A DNA stretch of 62,636 nt, filler included. It is 3 parts of 3 records of this genome, joined end to end, with 100 filler letters (N's around TTAATTAATTAA, not from the genome) between each part and the next. Parts side by side here need not be neighbours in the genome. Positions count along the whole stretch, not along the records: positions 52,842 to 62,636 come from SRR2962707_531; 2 more parts are not named here. One strand, written 5' to 3'. Shown here piece by piece: positions 58,023 to 62,636 of the stretch. The position numbers and the translations under genes are program-made. Position 1 is the first letter of the stretch; each line of letters opens with the position of its first letter. Below the pieces are notes generated by a model. That model was given only the letters and a program-made list of their open reading frames with translations, made no database searches and was not told the origin of the DNA.

Positions 58023-58628
58023 ATGACTGCTCTATTGATTTCCAACATTCTGCTCTGGTGCTTACTGATCGCCCTGGCTCTGGTGGTGTTTGGCCTGATC
58101 CGTCAGATCGGTGTTCTGCACGCTCGTATCGCCCCCGCCGGCGCTCTTATGGTGGACAAAGGCGTGGCGGTGAATCAGCCCGCGCCCCAGGTTACCGCCG
58201 AGGATCTTTTGGGGCGTCCGGTGAATTTTGGCTACGCCAACGATCGCACTCAACTGCTGTTCTTCCTGTCGCCGACTTGCCCGATCTGCAAATCCCTGTT
58301 GCCCGCGCTGCGTGCCATCGATAAGGCCCGCGACGATCTGGAAGTGGTGTACATCAGCGACGGTGAGCCGGAACAGCAACGAAAACTGATCAAGGAATTC
58401 GGGCTGGAAGGCGCTCGCTACGTGGTCAGCCCGCAGGTGGGCATGACCTATCAGATCGGCAAGCTGCCCTACGCGGTGATGATCGATCGTCAGGGCGTGC
58501 TCAAAGCCAAAGGGCTGGTGAACTCGCGGGAACACCTGGACAGCCTGTTCGAAACCGAGCACCTCGGTGCGGCCACCCTGCAGGAGTACCTCAACAAGCC
58601 CTCCCCTTCCATGCATACGCCGTCCTGA
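58023..58628 (+). CDS. aauD: MauD/AauD thioredoxin-like maturation protein
   Basis: RQIGVLHARIAPAGAL, SPTCPICK, KLPYAV and KGLVNSREHLDSL. Confidence 0.92.
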   Translation: MTALLISNILLWCLLIALALVVFGLIRQIGVLHARIAPAGALMVDKGVAVNQPAPQVTAEDLLGRPVNFGYANDRTQLLFFLSPTCPICKSLLPALRAIDKARDDLEVVYISDGEPEQQRKLIKEFGLEGARYVVSPQVGMTYQIGKLPYAVMIDRQGVLKAKGLVNSREHLDSLFETEHLGAATLQEYLNKPSPSMHTPS

Positions 58629-58643
58629 GCCAGGAGTCCGACC

Positions 58644-59168
58644 ATGAAATTTCTCGACCGTTTTTTCGAACGCTCCAGCCGGCACGTGGCCAGCACCACG
58701 TCGCGGCGGAATTTTCTTTCCAAACTTGGTTCCCTGATGGTGGTGGGCACCGCCATGCCGGTGCTGCTACCCATCGACCGCACCGCCAAGGCGCTGGCCG
58801 CGGAGTCGCCATCCGCCGGTGATCCGGGCGATCCCAACAGCTGCGACTACTGGCGTTACTGCTCCGTGGACGGCTTTCTGTGCAGTTGCTGCGGCGGCTC
58901 GGTGACCAGTTGTCCGCCGGGCACGGAAGTCTCCCAAGTCACCTGGATCGGCACCTGCCGCAACCCGGCGGACGGCCTGGACTACATCATCTCCTACAAC
59001 GATTGCTGCGGTAAGCACAGCTGCGGTCAGTGCGCCTGCACCCGTAACGACAGCGAGGAACCGATGTACCGACCGTTCAACAACAACGACATCAACTGGT
59101 GCCTGGGCGCCAAGGCCAACGTCTACAACTGCACCGTCGCCGTGATTCGCGGCGTGGCCAGCGCCTGA
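58644..59168 (+). CDS. aauA: TTQ amine dehydrogenase small (light) subunit, aromatic-amine dehydrogenase type
   Basis: Tat signal SRRNFL; CDYWRYC; TTQ Trp residues in TWIGTC and NDINWC; catalytic Asp in YNDCC; 14 Cys. Confidence 0.92.
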   Translation: MKFLDRFFERSSRHVASTTSRRNFLSKLGSLMVVGTAMPVLLPIDRTAKALAAESPSAGDPGDPNSCDYWRYCSVDGFLCSCCGGSVTSCPPGTEVSQVTWIGTCRNPADGLDYIISYNDCCGKHSCGQCACTRNDSEEPMYRPFNNNDINWCLGAKANVYNCTVAVIRGVASA

Positions 59169-59175
59169 GCCCGGC

Positions 59176-59709
59176 ATGAAGTCGTTGCCGCCACTGTTGC
59201 TGGTCGTTGCCTGTCTGGCCACCCCTGCCGGGCACGCCCGGGCGTTTCCCGACCCCGGGCAGAAACCGGCACCGGGTAATGAACAACCGCAGGTGCCACT
59301 GTCCCAGGCCGGCTATCGCCCGGAGGTGAACTATCAGTTGCAATGCGCGGGCTGCCATCTGCCCCAGGGGCAAGGCGCGCCCGCCAACGATGTACCCAAC
59401 ATGATCGGCTTTGTCGGCAACTTTCTGCGCGTACCGGGGGGAAGGGAATTTCTGGTGCGCGTACCTGGCGTGGCTCAGGCGGCGTTGAACGACGAACAAC
59501 TGGCGGCGCTGCTGAACTGGATCCTGCGCCGCGACGGTATCGCCGGTGACAGCACGCCGGCCGGCGCCGAGCCCTACAGCGCCGATGAAGTGGCGGCGAT
59601 TCGCCACCGGATGATGGACAACATTCCCGGCACCCGGGCCGGACTGATCCGTGCCATGCGCGACCAGGGTATCGACATCAACGACGGCATGCCCGCCACA
59701 GCGCCATAA
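59176..59709 (+). CDS. Periplasmic monoheme cytochrome c
   Basis: Signal peptide and a single CAGCH heme-binding motif; directly after aauA. Confidence 0.85.
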   Translation: MKSLPPLLLVVACLATPAGHARAFPDPGQKPAPGNEQPQVPLSQAGYRPEVNYQLQCAGCHLPQGQGAPANDVPNMIGFVGNFLRVPGGREFLVRVPGVAQAALNDEQLAALLNWILRRDGIAGDSTPAGAEPYSADEVAAIRHRMMDNIPGTRAGLIRAMRDQGIDINDGMPATAP

Positions 59710-59727
59710 CAACAGAGGACATTCATC

Positions 59728-61044
59728 ATGCGCGTCAGGCTCGCCCCCCTTGTCGGGGGCTCTCTCCTGCTAATGGCCACCAGCGCACAAGCGCTGGAAT
59801 TGACCAACAACGACCATACTACTTTGAATTTCGATGTTTCCGGCACCGCCGCCTGGCTGCACAGTCAGGAAAGCTACGACCAGGCCGGCACTCTCGACGA
59901 GGGCAGCGTCACCTGGCAGGAAGGCGCGGTGAAGTATGGCATCAGCGGCGAACACCGGCTGGCCAGGGATCAACGTGTCACCGGCGCCCTGAGATGGACC
60001 TCCACCGGCACCTGGGGTGATGGTGACGCCGCCGGCTTCTCCGATGGCGGCGAGCGCACCACCAAACTGGAGGATGCTTTCCTGACCTGGCACTCCGGCG
60101 CCCTGTTTCCCGCCCTCGGCAACGATGGCTTGGCGGTGTCCGCCGGCCGCCAGAGCGTGATCGTCGGCGACGGCTTTCTGATCACCAGTGATTCGCTGAA
60201 CTTCGGCAAGGGCATCGCCGATGGCGCGCTGAACCGCGGCGGTGCTTACTATCTTGCCGGCCGCAGCGCCTTCGACAAGACCGCCATCATCAGTCTGGGT
60301 GGCGAACAAGGCTGGCGCGGTGACGTCATGTGGCTGCAATCGGATAATCCGGCCCAGGCCAAACCGGAACTCAACATTGGTGTGCTGGAGCATGTAAACG
60401 ACAAAGGCACCGTGGGCCTCACCTACGTCAAGGTCACCGATCTGGACGACGAATTCGCCTTCCTCTATCCGCAACGGGATGACATGGAAACCGTCAGCCT
60501 GCGCGCTCAGGGCAACGCTGGCGTGGAGAATCTGTTCCTGGCCGCGGAATACGCCTGGCAGGATCAGGACCAGGGTGATGAAAACGCCTGGTACGCGGAA
60601 CTGGGCTGGACCTTCTCCGGGATGCCCTGGCGGCCCAGTATCCATTATCGATTCAGCCGTTTCTCCACCGGCTACGATCCGCTGCTCTACGGTAATGGCC
60701 GCGCTCTAGGCACCTGGTTCCAGGGCGAAGTGGCGGCGAATTACGCTGGACCGTTCAACACCAATTCACGAGTCCATCATCTCGCCGCGACCGTGACGCC
60801 AAAGGAAAACCTGTCGCTCGGTTTGCTGGCCTACGACTTCACCACTCTGGATCGGGACGCCGGAGCGGACACCAGTGCCCGGGAATACGACCTCTATCTG
60901 GAATGGGCGGTGAACGACCACCTCGCCCTGATTCCGGTCATCGGCCTGTACCAACCGGACCGCGCCGCCGCCGATGGTGGCACGCAATTAGGTAATGACG
61001 ATCGCAACCTGTACAGCCAATTGATCGTCGCCTTTTCGTTTTAA
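59728..61044 (+). CDS. Outer-membrane beta-barrel (alginate-export/AlgE-like) channel
   Basis: Signal peptide, amphipathic beta strands, AGRQ...GDGFLI and C-terminal Phe (IVAFSF). Confidence 0.7.
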   Translation: MRVRLAPLVGGSLLLMATSAQALELTNNDHTTLNFDVSGTAAWLHSQESYDQAGTLDEGSVTWQEGAVKYGISGEHRLARDQRVTGALRWTSTGTWGDGDAAGFSDGGERTTKLEDAFLTWHSGALFPALGNDGLAVSAGRQSVIVGDGFLITSDSLNFGKGIADGALNRGGAYYLAGRSAFDKTAIISLGGEQGWRGDVMWLQSDNPAQAKPELNIGVLEHVNDKGTVGLTYVKVTDLDDEFAFLYPQRDDMETVSLRAQGNAGVENLFLAAEYAWQDQDQGDENAWYAELGWTFSGMPWRPSIHYRFSRFSTGYDPLLYGNGRALGTWFQGEVAANYAGPFNTNSRVHHLAATVTPKENLSLGLLAYDFTTLDRDAGADTSAREYDLYLEWAVNDHLALIPVIGLYQPDRAAADGGTQLGNDDRNLYSQLIVAFSF

Positions 61045-61062
61045 TGCAATGAGGACTGGACC

Positions 61063-62550
61063 ATGAGCGACATCGCTTTATTACCCGAGGTGCGGGCATT
61101 CCTGCAGCAAGGCCATGATTGTTTCATCAACGGCGACTATGGCCGGGCCACCGGTCCGGCCCATCCGGTGGTGAACCCCGGCACCGGCGAAACCTTCGCG
61201 GAGGTACGGGAGGCGGAGCAGGCGCAAACAGACGCTGCGGTGAACGCCGCCCACCACGCCTTTCACAGCGTCTGGCGGGATATGGCGCCACTCCAGCGTG
61301 GCGCCATCCTTAACCGGCTCGCCGATCTGATCGATCAGCATGGGGAGGAGCTCGCGCAATTGGAAACGCTGTGCTCCGGCAAGACCATTCAGTTGTCCCG
61401 GGCCTTCGAAGTAGGACAAAGCAGCCATTTCCTTCGCTATTACGCCGGCTGGGCCGGCAAGATCAACGGTGAGACACTGACACCGTCACTGCCTTCCATG
61501 CAGGGCGAACGCTACACCGCCTTCACGTTACGCGAACCGGTCGGCGTGGTGGCCGGTATCGTGCCGTGGAACTTCTCATTGATGATCGCCATCTGGAAAA
61601 TTGCCTCGGCACTGATCTGCGGTTGTACCGTGGTGATCAAGCCCAGCGAGTTCACGCCCTTCACCCTGCTGCGTTTGGCCGGGTTGGCAAAGGAAGCCGG
61701 CCTGCCCGACGGCGTTCTCAACGTGGTCTGCGGCACTGGCGCCTGCGGCCAGGCGCTGATCGAGCACGAAAAGATCAACAAGGTCTCGTTCACCGGCTCC
61801 ATGAGCACCGGCCGTAGGGTTGGCGCCCAGGCCATGCAGGCCAACCTGACCCGTGCCACTCTGGAGCTGGGCGGCAAGAACGCTGCCGGCTTTCTCGCTG
61901 ATATCGACACCCAAAAAGCAGTGGCGGGCGTCATGGAAGCGGCCTATCTGCATCAAGGCCAGGTGTGCGCGGCGGCGGAACGGTTCTACGTGCACCGCTC
62001 ACGGCTGGATGAAATCGTCGACGGCGTGGCGGCACAGCTGAAGCAGCTCAAAATCGGCTCGCCGCTGGATGAAAGCACCGACTTTGGACCGCTCTCCAAC
62101 CGCCCGCACTTCGAAAAAGTCAGCCAGTACTTCGCCAGTGCCCCCGATCAGGGTTGCGAGATCGTCCACGGTGGCCGGGCGCTGGACCGCCCTGGCTTCT
62201 TTATCGAACCGACCCTGGCGGTGGCGGATCGTCGCGATGCCACTTTGCTGCAAGAGGAAGTGTTCGGCCCGGTGGCGTGCTTCCTGCCTTTCGATGACGA
62301 AGAGGAATTGCTCTCCCTCATGAACGACAGTCCCTACGGCCTCACCGCCAGCCTCTGGACCAACGATTTGTCCCGGGCCCTGCGTCTGGTGCCGCGCATT
62401 GAAGCGGGCACGGTGTGGGTGAACATGCACACCTTCATCGATCCGGCGGTGCCGTTCGGTGGCGTCAAGGGCTCCGGCATCGGCCGGGAGTTCGGCAGCG
62501 CCTTCATCGAGGATTACACCGAACTGAAGTCGGTGACGGTGCGGTATTAA
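61063..62550 (+). CDS. feaB: Phenylacetaldehyde dehydrogenase (FeaB/PeaE-like aldehyde dehydrogenase)
   Basis: N-terminus MSDIALLPEVRAFL, SRAFEV, EPVGVVAGIVPWNF, LELGGKN, catalytic Cys in QGQVC and TELKSV. Confidence 0.82.
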   Translation: MSDIALLPEVRAFLQQGHDCFINGDYGRATGPAHPVVNPGTGETFAEVREAEQAQTDAAVNAAHHAFHSVWRDMAPLQRGAILNRLADLIDQHGEELAQLETLCSGKTIQLSRAFEVGQSSHFLRYYAGWAGKINGETLTPSLPSMQGERYTAFTLREPVGVVAGIVPWNFSLMIAIWKIASALICGCTVVIKPSEFTPFTLLRLAGLAKEAGLPDGVLNVVCGTGACGQALIEHEKINKVSFTGSMSTGRRVGAQAMQANLTRATLELGGKNAAGFLADIDTQKAVAGVMEAAYLHQGQVCAAAERFYVHRSRLDEIVDGVAAQLKQLKIGSPLDESTDFGPLSNRPHFEKVSQYFASAPDQGCEIVHGGRALDRPGFFIEPTLAVADRRDATLLQEEVFGPVACFLPFDDEEELLSLMNDSPYGLTASLWTNDLSRALRLVPRIEAGTVWVNMHTFIDPAVPFGGVKGSGIGREFGSAFIEDYTELKSVTVRY

Positions 62551-62636
62551 AGACACGATCGAGGTTTGGTTCCTCTCCACCTCCCCATCCGGGACAGCGG
62601 AGCCGCGTTATACCTTTGCGGGAACGCCGTGAATAC

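Noticed and set aside
58644-59168. Methylamine dehydrogenase / methylotrophy
   Set aside because: The Cys pattern and the feaR/feaB context fit aromatic amine dehydrogenase; no mauG, amicyanin or C1 genes
59770-60645. 291-aa minus-strand ORF (and similar shadows across contig 3)
   Set aside because: Antisense to well-supported genes; typical codon-bias artefact
1-62636. CRISPR arrays, tRNA/rRNA, transposases, prophage or defence genes
   Set aside because: None recognised; intergenic gaps are short and show no periodic repeat-spacer structure, though small RNAs could be missed without a covariance-model search

Overview
The window is three unrelated contigs joined by artificial 100-nt linkers (N44-TTAATTAATTAA-N44 at 29770-29869 and 52742-52841). 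Contig 1 (1-29769; lower GC, alphaproteobacterial) is a carbohydrate-catabolism region. It holds the end of an inositol operon (iolD-iolC-iolB-class II aldolase) and an extended L-idonate/5-ketogluconate/gluconate cluster with a sugar ABC importer, two LacI/GntR-type repressors and four ATGTTA-N4-TAACAT-like operators. It also holds a TRAP + GntR + NAL/DHDPS-type aldolase + D-ribulokinase + FucI-like isomerase cluster that I infer is a Kdo (octulosonate) catabolic pathway, and a sigma54-driven amino-acid ABC importer. Contig 2 (29870-52741; high GC, Rhizobiales-like) is housekeeping: trmFO, an AGMO-like di-iron hydroxylase, NDUFAF6/NDUFAF3-like genes, secDF-yajC, nlpD, pcm, surE, serS, tatCBA, scpBA, nagZ, an FtsN/RgsS-like SPOR protein and argS. 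Contig 3 (52842-62636; high GC, probably gammaproteobacterial) has pckA and an aromatic-amine utilisation cluster. That cluster comprises a sigma54-driven FeaR-like regulator, FeaR-type tandem boxes, TTQ amine dehydrogenase aauBEDA without mauG, a monoheme cytochrome c that seems to lack the distal Met, an outer-membrane barrel and a phenylacetaldehyde dehydrogenase. No rRNA, tRNA, CRISPR array or transposase was recognised. All calls come from reading motifs by eye; no database searches were run.
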